DNA of 46,401 nt from Welwitschia mirabilis (Eukaryota). The stretch is from assembly GCA_051453625.1 (NCBI GenBank), contig JBOZIK010000001.1:20992668-21039068 (forward strand), written 5' to 3'. The notes under the pieces are model-generated. The model was not told where the DNA came from, did not search any database, and was given only the letters and a program-made list of their open reading frames with translations. Position 1 is the first letter of the stretch. Every line of letters begins with the position of its first letter. Below, piece by piece: positions 11,810-25,600 of this stretch. The translations under genes were made by a program, and so were the position numbers.

Positions 11810-14800
11810 TAGAGAGAGAGCCTTAAGGTACCCTAGTTTTCTGTCGCTGGATGGATGAGTCAGTGCATGCGTGGAGCGTCCCCCGACATGTTAAAACATG
11901 GGGACCTATGCAGAAGGGTGTGGGCTTTGGGAGGTTCTCCTAGGGTTTTGGTCTTGAAAATACAAGAGGTGGCTTTGAGGGTATTTTTCAGTGTTAATGG
12001 CCTATGGGAGATCTATGCTTGGATTCGAAGGTGTGACGCATAACAATAGGGCTTTGTGTAACCTAGTTGGCTGGAAAGGAGTAAGACTTAGAGGACTACC
12101 CATTGGCAGATCTAGGTAAGGCTATAGAGCTCCCTTTTATGAAAGTTTTTGAAGAAGATGGTGTTTTTAAGATTAATCCTACATTGAAGCATTCTATAGC
12201 AGTTGTAAAACATTTTAAGTTTAGCTTAGTTAGATGCTTTATATTAGCGGGGGTAAGACCAAGTCTCAATTCCATAAGAAGGTGGGTAGTAGTAAAATGG
12301 ACTGGAACAGGATCTACGTAAGTTTGTGGAGGGATTAATACTATTCAAGTTTGATTTTAAATAGGATTTAAATACAATTATGATGAGCATCCCCTGGTTT
12401 TTTTGGGTAAGAAGATTAGCATTGACCCATTGATAACTATGATAGGACCTTAGCAAAATCTTCCAAAAACTCCTAATCTATGTGAAACGAAGGGGAGTAA
12501 ACCTCATCTGATGGAATTAAAAATGTATTAAAGAATTGGGAGGAAAATTCAANNNNNNNNNNNNNNNNNNNNNNNNNNNNNNNNNNNNNNNNNNNNNNNN
12601 NNNNNNNNNNNNNNNNNNNNNNNNNNNNNNNNNNNNNNNNNNNNNNNNNNNNTTTAAGAATTGGTAGGAAAATTCAAAGATCTCATAAAATTAGATTTGG
12701 TTATGATTAGTGGTGCATGTTTAGTGTTACTCCATTTTTACACCTGGCCGACATTGAGATGACTCAAAATCTGAGAAAGTTTGAAATTATACATGGTTTT
12801 GAAATGAATAGGAGGTGGTGGAGAATGAAAACATACTATTGCCATGTTCAAGATGTTTTGAAGTTGGTCACTCAGAGAGATTCTACTCAATACATAGACA
12901 AAAGACCTACACTAAATTTGGAAAATAGATTATCTGAGAAAGGCCTATTAAAGAAAATAATACTAGAATTATAAAAAATTTAGGCATAAAAAGAGAGAGA
13001 GAGAGAGTATAGAATTAAAAAAGATGAAGAGGGCTTTTAAATAATTACTAGAAAGAATAAAATGGGCACAGCCCTTAGGCAGGAGGGCACTTAAAATAGG
13101 AGACAACAAAATTAGGACAATGGAAATTTAGTGTTAATGGATGAAAAAGGCAAGGAGCCAAGATAAGACACATAGGAATGAAAGTTGATTAATAAATTTA
13201 TCCCTCTTTTAAATAGTGACTTAGATGAATTAGAATTAAATTCTGATTATGAGAGCTTAAAAGAAGAAGCAACTATTAAAACGATGGAAGGAACCCTGAC
13301 TGGGGTGATGGCAAGGAAGGAAGAAAATGAGAACATTGTGAATTGGTCTCAACAGACCTTAATAAGTATGCAAGGAAAGGGCCCAAAGAAGAAGAGTAAA
13401 TGAATATCCTCAATTGGAATATTAAAGGCATAAAGGTATCCTTAAAAAAATAGGTATTAGAAGATTCATTAAGAGATATAATTAGGAACTATTTGCATTT
13501 AAGAAACAAAAATTTAAAGAAGTCTTGATCTAAATATCTAGAACAAGAAGTGGAATGTTGAATGGATTTCCATCTATGGTAATGCGAGCGGTTTTAGTTC
13601 TTTTAAATAAGTACATAAATTACATAAGAATAAAAATAATAGGTGGTTTCAATCATTGCAATAAAAGACTAGTGGATAATTAATGTAAAAATGCCACAAA
13701 GTATAGCCAATAAGAATAAAATTTGGAGGTAAATTAGATAGAGTGTTTGGATAAGAAATTATATTATAGTGGGGGATTTTAATTAGGCATTATTTAAATT
13801 GAAAAAACAAGGAGAAAGCTAATGGTTAAGTGCAAGGGTAAAAGAAATGAAAGATTTTGTAGATTTCTTAGAGCTCATAGACATGCCACTTTACCAAGTT
13901 CAATTTACTTGGTCAAACAGAAGTAGGGGAAAGAACAAGGTCCTATCAAGATTTAACAAAGCCTTACTATCAATAGATTTATTGAAAGATAAGAAATGGA
14001 TTATAATTAGGAAAGGAAGGTAATGTTTGGACCACAGATCCATCATCCTTTTCTAAGATAGAAATATGGGAAGAAGGACTTATTTTGCATTTGAAAACAC
14101 GTGGCTACAATAAGAAGAGGTAGAGTAGCTCATTCAAGAAAGCTAGGAGAACTTAGAGACTAACCTAATTGGAAATGTATAACACAACATGTAAAGGGTA
14201 AAGGATTGACTCAAGAAGGGGAGGAATACTTTGGATAAGAAATTTCATAAAAAAGAAAGACTCGAAGAGGAAATTTAGTTGATTCAATAAAAATAAGAAA
14301 GAGAAGAAAATTGACATGCAAAAGAATAAAGGAAAACTTTAGGATCTTCATAATTGGTAGAAACAAGAGGAGATATATTGGTGTTAGATAGCCCATGTGA
14401 ATTGGATGAAACATGGAGACTGGCACACAAAATATTTCTTTAATATTTTTAATATGCAAAAGCAATATAATATGATAAAATAAATTTAGTGAAAGGGCAA
14501 ATGCTTTGAAGAAAAAGAAGTACCTAAAGCATTCCTAGATATCCTCCAAGAGCTTTAGAGAGAGTCCACAATGTGAAATCCCTCAACTTTGTGGCCTATG
14601 ATATGGAAGAATAGTTTCCTTTTGGGCAAGTGAATCAGGAATAAGTTTATAAGATCTTCAAGGGAATGAAGTTGAATAGAAGCCCAAGCCTAGATGGGTG
14701 GACAGTGGAATTTTTTTCACAAATTCTTAGGGGTATATAGGTCAGTTGGCCACTGAATCTTTTAATAATATGATGTGAATCAGATTTATTCCTTACATTT

Positions 14801-15868
14801 AGAATAACACCCATATTGTCATGATTATTAAAAAGGCTAAACCTAGAGAGATTAATGAGTATAGATCAATAGAAGTGTGCAATGTGATTTATAGATTGTT
14901 TTCAAAGATTTTAGTAAACAAAATTCATCTCCACCTAAAGGGAATTATGCAGTGGAACTAACTTCCTTTCTTTTACGTCGAAGCATCCTAGACTAGGTAA
15001 TATTTGATTATGAAATATTTTATTCCATTAAGAAAAATAGCAAAAGGACGTGTGCTCTAAAGCTAACATTAAGAAGGCATATGGTACCATCTCTTGAAGC
15101 TTTTTAAAACATGTTTTGAGGATAAAGGGCATTTCCCTAATGCTTATGAGTTTGTTGCTATAAATGCAAAGAATAAAAAAAATTACATTGAAAATTAATT
15201 AGAAAAATCAAGGATATTTTAGCTCTAGTAGAGGTCGGGGATCCCCTCTCTTCTTACCTATTCACCACTATTCTAGATGTATTGTAGGGTTATATTTAGT
15301 AGAAGAAGGGAGTGGAATTAACGGTTCATGGTTTAAACATCATGGTTGATCACTTTGCAGATGATTTAGGTAATATTCTCAAAGGTAAATATCCAATAAA
15401 TTAGGATAATCAAGAGAAGGCTAGGAAAATTTATTCACAAATCATGGCTTTTAATAAGTTGATAAAAAGATAGATTCTATTTCTTTAACACCTAGTCAAG
15501 CATGTAGTAAAGTATTGAAAGAACCCTAGGAATCTCTAGGAGGAAGGAAAAAGATATATATTTGGGGTTACCCATATTCAAATGGAGACATGTGTCATCA
15601 TAGAAATATTTTATATTAAGAGTGGACAGGAGATGCAATTCCTAGAGTGAAATCTTCCTCTTGAGCAAAGGAAGAATCATTATTACGAATACCATTCTAT
15701 CTGCAATAGCAAAATTTAGTGCATCTTCTGGAGTCCTACCAAAGAAGGTAAAAGGCTTGTTGAACCACTTGATTAGAAACTTTATTTCGATAGGACAAAG
15801 GGGAGGAATGAGATTCCATGCAATAGCATGAAAGGAAATATCTAAACCAATGAAAGTAAGGGGATGGA
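11810..15868 (+). mobile_element. Decayed L1-clade LINE, piece 1 (5' UTR, ORF1, ORF2 endonuclease and RT)
   Basis: ORF1 DUF4283-like 'FSLVRCF...RPSLNSIRRWV...W' and 'LFKFD...SIPWFF'. ORF2 from ATG 13400: 'MNILNWNIKG', 'ICI*ETK', 'GDFN', 'FTWSN', 'FAFENTWL', 'WMKHGDWHTKYF', 'YRSIEVCNVIYRLFSKIL', 'GDPLSSYLF', 'HFADDL' (15351), 'YLGLP', 'HAIA*KEISKPMKVRGW'. Cut off by an LTR at 15869. Confidence 0.93.
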
Positions 15869-17199
15869 TGTTTATTATAGTACAATATCTAGATTTAATA
15901 TTTCACTTAGCTATTATTCTTTCTTAGGGATAACATTGGGTAATGATTCAGATTTACACTACTTTAACTTTAAAACAAGTTGAAAAAGAAAAGAAAAGAG
16001 AAGAAGAAATGAAGTAAATTTTAGAGTTAAGTTGAAATTCATCTTAAAGATGAGGAAAGAAAAATAGCTCCAAGGTATTGCTAATTTATCCTAAGTAGTC
16101 CTTTACTCTAGTATTGTTTAATTGCCTTTCTGTAAATAATAAAAAACATCAAGTGCTTTTGATCCAATTCATGGGGCATAATCTCATCCACCATATGATA
16201 TATGGTGAATATAATCAACACTTTATTCTTAAATAACTATAAAAAATAAGGACTCCTGAAGTACTTAAGATCTATAAAATTAAAAGACTAAGTGATAAAG
16301 AGGAGTTCACACAACTAAACTAGACTTGATAGTTACAAAAATTGCTTAAGCATTCCAATTATAATTTTACTCATAAATTTAAATCAAAAGGAAAATAAGT
16401 TTTACATTGTAGAAAAGAAACTTTATAGCACAAGAATAAGAAATCAAGAAGAACTCCTCAAGCAATCCTCGAAGACTAGTTTACCTCCCCAAAGAGTTGT
16501 ATAGAAAGCCATCACAAGTTGCTGCTATAAAGTGCTACAATTTCTCTAAGGTNNNNNNNNNNNNNNNNNNNNNNNNNNNNNNNNNNNNNNNNNNNNNNNN
16601 NNNNNNNNNNNNNNNNNNNNNNNNNNNNNNNNNNNNNNNNNNNNNNNNNNNNNNNNNNNNNNNNNNNNNNNNNNNNNNNNNNNNNNNNNNNNNNNNNNNN
16701 NNNNNNNNNNNNNNNNNNNNNNNNNNNNNNNNNNNNNNNNNNNNNTTAGGTATAATCTTTCTCATTTAGCATTTAGTAGAGGTTATCTTATAGCATTTGA
16801 TGGAGATCATCATATAGTGTTAAGTGGAATCTTTATTATAATGGGTTCAACACATGTCCTTTAGAGCTAGATTCCTTTACCAATTGATGCTATTACCATA
16901 TGTCTCCAGTGCCACTTCTACATATCTCTGTCACATGTCCTCCAGTGCTACTACTATGTGTCACCATCTTATGTCTTCATTGTCATCATTGTTTTGTATG
17001 AAATTGAGTTCATCTTACGTTATATGTTTCAAAATGAGGCTAAGGACTTACAATTATCATAGAGAAAAACATAATATTAAGTTTTATTTTAAAAATAATA
17101 GAAAACATATTTTATGATTAAAAAATTAAATTAATTTCTTTGTTTACAATAAATTAGCTTGAAAAACTTGATATAAATGTCAATTTTTACTTTTTAACA
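15869..17199 (-). repeat. 3' LTR (family A) of the Athila-like block
   Basis: TGTTTATT...TTAACA termini, homologous to 25601-26936. Preceded on the minus strand by TTTGCTAAGGCACTAGTAAAAGAATGGTTAGAGGATG (PPT region, 17200-17236). Confidence 0.88.
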
Positions 17200-18539
17200 C
17201 ATCCTCTAACCATTCTTTTACTAGTGCCTTAGCAAAAAGTTGATAATGAAATGGTTAAATACTTGTCCATGTCAAAAAGTACCTCAAGTGTGTGAATGAT
17301 ATAACTTAAATTTTATGAACAATTTTATGTTATTAAGGCATCAAAGCAAAAAATTTAGTGAAAATCGAGATGCCACATCCCCAACCAAAACTCAACTTTA
17401 TCCTCAAAGTCCATGGTGAAAATGTTAAGTTATTTGAGAACATATGTGTAGACAGATCACAAAGAGTTATTTTATTAAAAGCAATGCAAATTAAGCTAAG
17501 GAACAAGGCAGGTTATTTACAACCAAACATGTGTTAATTGAAAAATCTATCTATAAAAACAGTTAATGCCTTAGGAGTTATTTCTCGTAAAAATGGTATG
17601 AAGTGGAATGTAGTGTGATGTGGATTAAATGAGATGGAAAATGCATCAATGGAATGAAACCAGAAACCAATGAATAAATGAGTGAACTATTATAAGTTAT
17701 CAGCTCTTTATTATATTTTTGTATTTTTAGTAGACATTATATCAACTAAGCAAAGTTTAACCAAGTAACTTATATAAATTTAAGAAATTGATGTAAATCC
17801 TAAGTATGAAAGCCAAGAGATAATAGTTCATATAAATCCTTCGATTTCCACATTTTCATTTCTTTATTTTTTTAATTTCTATATTTGCATATGATCTTAG
17901 TATTTTACCTTTGAATGACATTGAATATCCTATGTTATGGCATTTTATGCCAATAAAGTTAAGCATGTAGTATTTGCAGAAATGAGTTTCACATTGCTAA
18001 TAAGTGTTTATAGCCCTGATGCAGTTGAACATGTTGCAATTAAATCGTTAGAGCTGCATTGCCAGCAAGTGTCCATAGCATTGATGTAATTAACTACACC
18101 CAACTAAGTGATTAGTGTTATGTGATTTTGGAGAAGAAATATATTATTTTCTTTTCTTTATTTTCTCATAGTCATTTAATGCTCTTTCAAGTGTCATTGG
18201 CTCATTAGCTTAGTCAAGACAATTCTTGTTCTCATTAAAGATTTTTTACTTAAAGAATACATGTAAAGGTAAATCCCACCTTTTTAACCAAGCCTTACTA
18301 GTACTAGAGACCCTAAGTGAATGCATTCTTAATGAACCTACTCAAAATAAGCATACTTTTCCTTAAAAATTTGTAAGTAAACTCAATCATAACCATTACC
18401 TAGGTGATAACATGACCGCTTTTTATTGATTTTTGTTTTAAGGATCTTTAACCTAGATTAATAAGCCTCATAAAATCATGGATTGATGGCTTGGATTAGT
18501 GAATGGGAAGGTTTATAAGAATGGTGGGATGAGTGATAA

Positions 18540-20870
18540 TGATGTGACAGGGTGCTCATGAGAAAATCATCCTTAGAAAGAACTTGGTTTTGAGGATGAA
18601 TTATTATATAAGACTTAAAAGATTTGTTACTATCAATTTTAAAGTCAAAGAAGTAATAATCAACAAATGGTAAAGAAACAAAAATATTTGGATTAAAAGG
18701 AGAACATTTAGAGTCATAAGTTTTATTAAGCTAATTATCCTTTTTAAGATTGCCTGGTAATTTTATTACATTAAAAATGTTTAAGGTCATTTTGCCAAAT
18801 GAGATCTTCATTTAACCATTCCTATAGTTTATTAAAGCATGTGAAGTTATAAGGACAAGTCTTCCTAAAATAATAGGCACTAAATTGCATTTCATTTTAT
18901 TCATCTCTAAGACTATGAAATCAGTAGAAAAATAGTAGCTGTTAATTTGAACTGTTATGTTCTTAACTATTTCTAAGAGTGACTTCACAGAATTGTATGC
19001 TAATTACAATTGGATTTTACTGTGTTTAAGATTGTCTAAGCTAAGTTCATATAAATATTGTAAGATAAGATATTGACAGTTGCTTCCAAATCTAATAGGG
19101 CTTCCTTAATGTCTTTGTCTCCAATTGTAATGCCTATTGTGAGGCAACCTAGATCTTTGTACTTAGATGGAATCTATTTTTGGATGATTTCACTTGTTTG
19201 CTAGGCTAAGAAGGCTTTGCTTTTAACATTTATGCATCTTTTTATGGTGCACATATCTTTAAGGAATTTTGCATATGAAGGCATCTTTTTAGTTGCTTCT
19301 AAGAGAGGTATGTTGGTTTTAACTTTCTTGAAAATGTATAAGGCCTCAAGTTATTTCTCCATGTTTTCCTTTCTAAGAAGTTAGGATAAATGTAAATGCT
19401 CTTTGTATTTAAGCAACAATTCTTCTAAGTATATTACATTTTCTTTATTCAAGGCTTGGGGAAAAGGTAAAGGTTCCTAGTAAGAAGTTGTATGTTTTTC
19501 TTTTATTTTCCCTTATCTCGAGATTTACTTTGCATTAACCCTTGATTAATCTTTGTGCCACTTTTAACGTAAATTACTTTTGTTTTTTCTAAGTGGCTTA
19601 ACTCTTCTTCATTAAATCTAACTTCCTTAAGATTTGGTTGAGCACTCATTAGGAGTTTTTCTATTTTCCTTTGGTTTATTAATGAAAGGATGTGGATGGT
19701 ATTTTATTGAAGTTGATTTATGCTTCATTCAAGTCTTTTATTTATTAGTTCAAATATTTGATTTATTTGTATTTATATTTCCATGAACCTTTTGAGGGTT
19801 TCCTCCAATGAGTTATATTGTGAGGGTTTTGAGTAGTTTATTTGAAATGGATGGGAGAAGGATGAAGGATATGGATTTCTTGGTTGATTAATTTAATTGT
19901 ATTACTTTCAAGAAAAATTAGGGTCATTCCTCCACTCAAGGTTATATTTGTTCGAGTATGCGTCATTTTTGTGGTTTTGCCATTGTTGCCCTACGACATT
20001 CACCTGTTTATTAAATGTATTTTGGAATAGAGGAATGGAGGCGTATTCGATAGTTTCATAAGTCTCAATATGGCAAATTAAGCATTCAAGTTTAATGACC
20101 ATGGATGGAGGTAAAGGTGAAGTGGTTAAGAATTCTATTCTTCATGCTAGCTCATTTTTTTTGTTATTTATTTCAAAGTTTTTAGGGAATTTAAAAACAC
20201 TTATTGATCTAACTAGATTATGTGAACTTGAGGGTTTAATAGGTTTTTCCTAATTTTTCAAACTCTCAGCTACACTTTTAAAGTACTTCCAAACTTTATC
20301 TAAGTGCATGTTCAGTAAATTACCTTGGTGCATTATCTAAACTAGTTGGTGGTTATTCATAGATAATCCATTATAGAAGAAACTAATTTCCCTACCTAGA
20401 TCAAAACCATGTTGGAAACATTTCAATAGAAGGTCCTTAAATTGTTCCAATATCTGGGAAAAGGATTTGTAACTCTTTTATTAAAAATTCATGATTTCTT
20501 TTCTAAGGGAATTTGTCTTGTGATTAGGAAAGAATTTAGAGATGAAGTCTTTACCAAGGTCCACCTAATTCATAATGGAGAAGGATTTTGATATGTATAA
20601 TTAGGATTTTGCCTTCTCTTTTAAATAAAAAGGGAATAAGAAAAGCTTAAGTACGTCATGGATGTTAGGATACTGAGGGATGGTTAATAAAACTAACTCG
20701 AATTCCTTAAGGTGGAGATATGAATCTTTGGATTCAAGGACATGAAAATGAGGTTATGGTTAATAGTAGAGGGTTTGAATTCTATCCTTTGGTTAATTGG
20801 TGATGACATTATGCAAGAAGGGATCACTAGACTTTATGGTGGGAGGTAATCACAAAGGATTTACCTAAGT
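18540..20870 (-). pseudogene. Decayed Athila-type gag and aspartic protease
   Basis: Minus-strand remnants 'PSCIMS', 'PHFHVLESKDSYLHLKEFE', 'KLFLFPF', 'CLICHIETYET', 'YSNKYNLEWRNDPNFS', 'PFPQAL', 'NIPLLEATKKMPSYAKFLKDMCT', 'KYKDLGC', 'ALLDLEATVNI', 'PIILGR'. Confidence 0.9.
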
Positions 20871-21699
20871 TAGTAAGCAGCAACAGTGAGGGTAGCTTGC
20901 CCTTTAGCCACTTCTTAGGCAAAGTAGTAGGCTATTAATCTATTGAGCATTTCTAGGTTTGATAGACCTCCATTAAAGGATCTTAGACATTGAGTGGGTC
21001 ATTTGGATTGTATTGTGATAAGCTAGTTTATTGATTGTTTTGGTTATTTTGTAAGGTTAAGGTTTGATCTTGTTGAGAATCATCTCAAGCTTGGTTTTCA
21101 TTTTGAGATCTATGTTCTCTCATTCTATCATGATTAGTAAATAAATCCATGTTATCTCAGATTAATCTTTCCATTTTATCATGGGTCTAGATCATATAAG
21201 AACAAGTTTGAAAGTATTTTAAATGAGGAGGGAAAAAAAAACTTTTTAAATACTATAAGTTATAGAGGGTTTTGGATTTTCATAGAGGGCTTAATTAAGA
21301 GAATAAGGTATTCTGGGCCAGAAGGATGGTGGTGCTAGTGAGGTTTGAAGTTTTGGTTTTTAGTTTTATAAATAGGTTCATTGATCATGTACAAAACATT
21401 TATGGTATCAAGGTTGCAACAAAATAAAATAGAGATAATAAATGTAAATAAAATTGAGCCCAACGTAACAAAATGGTAAGAAAATTTTTAAGAGATTTGT
21501 AATGTTTTATGCACGAAAAACACAAGAATAGAAAAATAAAAATGCAAAGAATGTAAAAAGAAAGAGAATGCATGTAACGCAATGTTTAGTTAAAATGTTT
21601 TTAAAAGTTTTTAAGTTTTTGATACTCCAAAGCAACCTACAAACAAATGTTAGACATGTAGAAAGCAAGTTATAAAATAAAAAATAAATCTTAAAATAA

Positions 21700-21905
21700 G
21701 CTAGACTAGTTCAGAGAACATTGAAAGGATTAGTATCAACCACTAGAAAGCATATTAAAGAAAGAAAAAATAAACCAGTTTGAGTAATACTAGAAAGGAA
21801 CAGTACCAACCACTAAAACGAAAAGAAAAGATATTCACAAAGTAAAAGAAAAAGGACTATTTCAGGTATCACTGGAAAAAGGATTAGTAATCAATACTAG
21901 AAGAA
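21700..21905. repeat. Three diverged ~70-80-bp tandem units in the retroelement leader
   Basis: Core GAAAGGA(TT/AC)AGTA.CAA.(C/T)ACTA recurs at ~21723, ~21793 and ~21875. Confidence 0.65.
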
Positions 21906-21969
21906 TAAAACTATATATAAACTTTTACAAAGAAAAACTAGTACTCCTCTAAGCTTCTATCATGTTATT

Positions 21970-21993
21970 ATCCCTAGTAATGATGCTAAAATC
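21970..21993 (-). other. Decayed Athila-type primer-binding site (internal copy)
   Basis: Minus strand reads GATTTTAGCATCATTACTAGGGA, which matches the Athila consensus TTTTGGCGCCGTTGCCGGGGA after C>T/G>A decay. It abuts the LTR end at 21994. Confidence 0.7.
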
Positions 21994-23526
21994 TATTAAT
22001 TGTAGTATATTACTTGTTATTTAAGCTAATTTTTTACTTAGCTATTATTCTTCCTCAAGGATAACATTAGGTATTAATTTAAATTTATACTATTTTAAAT
22101 TTAACACAAGTTATAAAAATAAAGAAAAGAGAAAAAGAGATGATGTAATTTTTAGAGTTCAAATTTGTTTGGATAGGAGGAAAGCAAACTAGCTCCAAGG
22201 TATTGTCCATTCGTCCTTAAGCATTCTTTTAATTAAAAGTTATCCAATTGACCTTTTCTATAAAACACTACAAATATCAAGTGAATTTGAGTCAAATCAT
22301 GAGACATAGTATCATTGTTGTGATGTGTATTTGTGAAATCATTACATCCTCAAATCAATCCTATAAAAAATATATATATTTTACACAACACAACACACTA
22401 ATATAGATGGGAATAATCCAAATGTTATAATCCCGTCGAAGGCATAAGCAAGAAGAAAGAGAATTAATTTCTGAAAAAAACACTTATGTAATCTTAAAGT
22501 AGAATAAACTAACAATGCAAAATAATAATGCAAATGAATACACTATGCAAAATTTAATTACCAAATCTGCCTACCATAGAGATCAACTCTGTATAATCTA
22601 GATCAATTAAAGAAATCCATCACTAGACCAAGATCAATCTAAGCTATCAGATACATTAAAAAAAATACGAAAACAATGAAAGTTAATATAGGAAATGAAA
22701 TGTAATGCACCTAAACTAACAATGTAAACCTTAACAAAGGTTACCCTCATGATCTATATCACCAATGAAGTTATTACGGAATCAAAAAAAAACATAAATC
22801 ATAAGGGAGATGTACATAACAAAAAGATATAAAAAGAAAAATAGAGTTTCGATTAAAAGCAAACCAACATTTATGTTATAGAGCAGTAATACCTTAATGA
22901 AGTATACATAGCCTAACACCAAGAAAGACATCTCTCTACAACAACAATGGATGGATTTCCTACCCTTCAATCTCCTATTATGAGAATATTCGATGCCAAA
23001 AACAATGAAAATAAAGTTAAGGATAGAGGAGGTATTTATTACAAAACAAGCTCTAAAATTAAAAAATACAAATAGATGGACTAATAACCTTAATATCTAA
23101 GTAAAAAGATGTAAGTCACATGGCTAAAGTTTGATGAAGTGTTATTTTATATGTTATCATGCTAATCGTTTAGATGTCACAGGAGATGATGCCACATCAT
23201 ATGAGTTCCACATCAGCTGCCAGATTAATCTAGTAAGTATCCTCCTTAACTTAAGTGCTTTTATTGTCTATACAGTTGTCCACACTATTAAGTGAATAAT
23301 AGGGTTTTGTAAAGTATTTCTTGTGTTGCATTAGCACTTTGATTGCAGGATTGTAGCTTCAAATAGGAAGTATAGTAAATTGCTTCAAATACTATAAAAT
23401 GTAATGAAGATTACATGTTTTTATGGAATTTGCCTTAGATATTCATTATTCTTAAAGCTTGGCATAAACTTATCTAGTATCCTATAAAACTACTCAAAAT
23501 ACCCTAACAAATACATATAATTCATA
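21994..23526 (-). repeat. Middle LTR: family-A-like U5 end with family-D-like U3/R
   Basis: 21994-~22330 is homologous to the first ~340 bp (plus-strand) of both outer LTRs. ~22690-23500 is homologous to the reverse complement of 44586-45530. A PPT-like junction GGACTGATATGACTAGGTGTGGAAC lies at 23527-23551. Confidence 0.7.
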
Positions 23527-24069
23527 GTTCCACACCTAGTCATATCAGTCCCTAATAAAATCATGTAAACAATTGTAATCATGAGCCAAATTAACTAACC
23601 ATAAATCAACTAGAAAACTATGAAATAAACTCAAAAAAATTTTCAAGAATCTCAAAATGCAAAATAGAAATGTCAAAAATAGATAATTGAATATTTCACC
23701 TATGTAGTACAGTTGGTCATACTATTATCCTGGTGGTCGTTTAAACAATGGAGGGGACTATAGGATGAAAAATTTAACCTAGAAAAATAGAAGCCTAGGA
23801 AAAATATTTTATAGAAAGATAAACATTAAATTTATTAGTAATTAATATCTTCCCACTCAAATGTATAACAGATAAAGGAAATAATTATGTATATATAAAC
23901 AATCCTCATCATGAAGTATCAAAGATGATATGTAAAAATATGCATGATATCCAATAATAAAAACGTACACCATGATGATACTTAAAATAAAATATCTATA
24001 TATAAATCATGATTTTTTTATAATCCATGGAGGGGAAGATACATAATATAATATAAAGAAATCACTCCC

Positions 24070-25340
24070 TCATCTAGTCATGATGAATGCATGATGTGTA
24101 ACAGGCTTAGCTGTAGGAGGAGAAGAGGAAGAATGCTCAGGATCTGCAAGGAAACAATGGTCAAGTGATGTCATGATCATGCATGCTGTCTTGTCTTCCT
24201 ACATTCAAACTGTCTATGGAAGATCTACTGTCACACCATGCTTTATCTATAGGATGCATTATTGCATATCAACTAGCTTCTTCTTGGTGTGTTATGCTCT
24301 TCTTTCAATTGTCATAATCCTTTGATCTAGTATAGAGATGATTCAATGTACTATCTCTTAAATAGTCTGTGTATTCTTTGCCAAGAGAGCCTGAATCTAC
24401 TCTAAGATAGCATTAACCGTAAGTCTCTGTACTTGAGATCTCTCTTTCCCTTTTAGTATCTATATGCTCATGTCCTATAAGTAATGAGTTGAAGTCTGAA
24501 TGTATGTAAATCTCTGCTCACCTACTAGATCTTGTATGTCAAAGTGTCTAAACATAACTGAGAGAAGGCATGGATATCCAAAATTTTGAAGCTAATGTAC
24601 CTCTATCATAGTCCTAAACCTCCTCTAAATAAATGTCAGTAGGTCCATTTGCTTATCCTACTTGAATACTATCAACATCTATAAGTGTGTGACTATCACA
24701 TAATTGTCATGGAATAATGGACTAATGTTATGAATCAGCCCTCTATGTAGAATCTAATAGGCAAGTAACAACTGTATGACCAAAACTCCCTGTCTATCTA
24801 AAGTCAAATCAATTGGAATGTTAAGTACTACACTGTAAGCAAGGTGCTCCTCTGTCCCACCAGCTAAATGTATATGTGTGCTCCTGATATTACTAATATC
24901 ATTCACTATAGTAATATGATTTAGAAGGATGGTGATCTCATGGCCTCAAATAGTAGCTACTATCATGTTAACAAGATGGCCATAAGCATTAGGACACTGC
25001 TCTATATGCATCGTGTGGTAGAACTCCCTGGTCTCTAATACGTAATATGCCTTATATGCTTCTAGGATTCTTCGGAGCTATAGATCTATGAGTCTCTAGT
25101 CTATCTTTGGCTTTATATGGCTCATAAAATCATCAAACTATCTCTCAACATGAATGATCGTGGTCTGGATAGTAAGTGCTTTAGCATAATGAAGTGGAGG
25201 GTGGATCAGCTCTACTCGCTTAATCTTTAATGATGCTAATAGATCACCTCCTTCTCAATATCCTCGGTCTCTGCCTCAACTTTTCTATCTCTATGTGTGC
25301 ATCACCTACTCAATTATAAATATGAGACATGTCATGCAAA
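24070..25340 (-). pseudogene. Decayed Athila extra ('env-like' / Transposase_32-like) ORF
   Basis: Minus-strand remnants 'AYYVLETREFYHTM', 'VATI*GHEITI', 'IIP*', 'NFGYPCLLSVMFRHF' match the Y..LVREFY / VRG..I / LP / L.YP.LIT pattern. It lies upstream of a PPT and LTR. Confidence 0.6.
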
Positions 25341-25576
25341 GTCAAGCGGAAATCTCTAAAATGTGTCCATGGAAGTTTGAAGTAACTCATAAATTGTAAA
25401 AAATCATAAAAATATNNNNNNNNNNNNNNNNNNNNNNNNNNNNNNNNNNNNNNNNNNNNNNNNNNNNNNNNNNNNNNNNNNNNNNNNNNNNNNNNNNNNN
25501 NNNNNNNNNNNNNNNACTATGTATAAAACTTGTAAAAAAAAAAACTAGTGCTTTTTTGAGCTACTACCATGCTATT

Positions 25577-25600
25577 ATCCTTAGTAACAGTGTAAAAATC
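25577..25600 (-). other. Decayed Athila-type primer-binding site next to the 5' LTR
   Basis: Minus strand reads GATTTTTACACTGTTACTAAGGA. The leader at 25516-25600 is homologous to 21909-21993. Confidence 0.7.
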
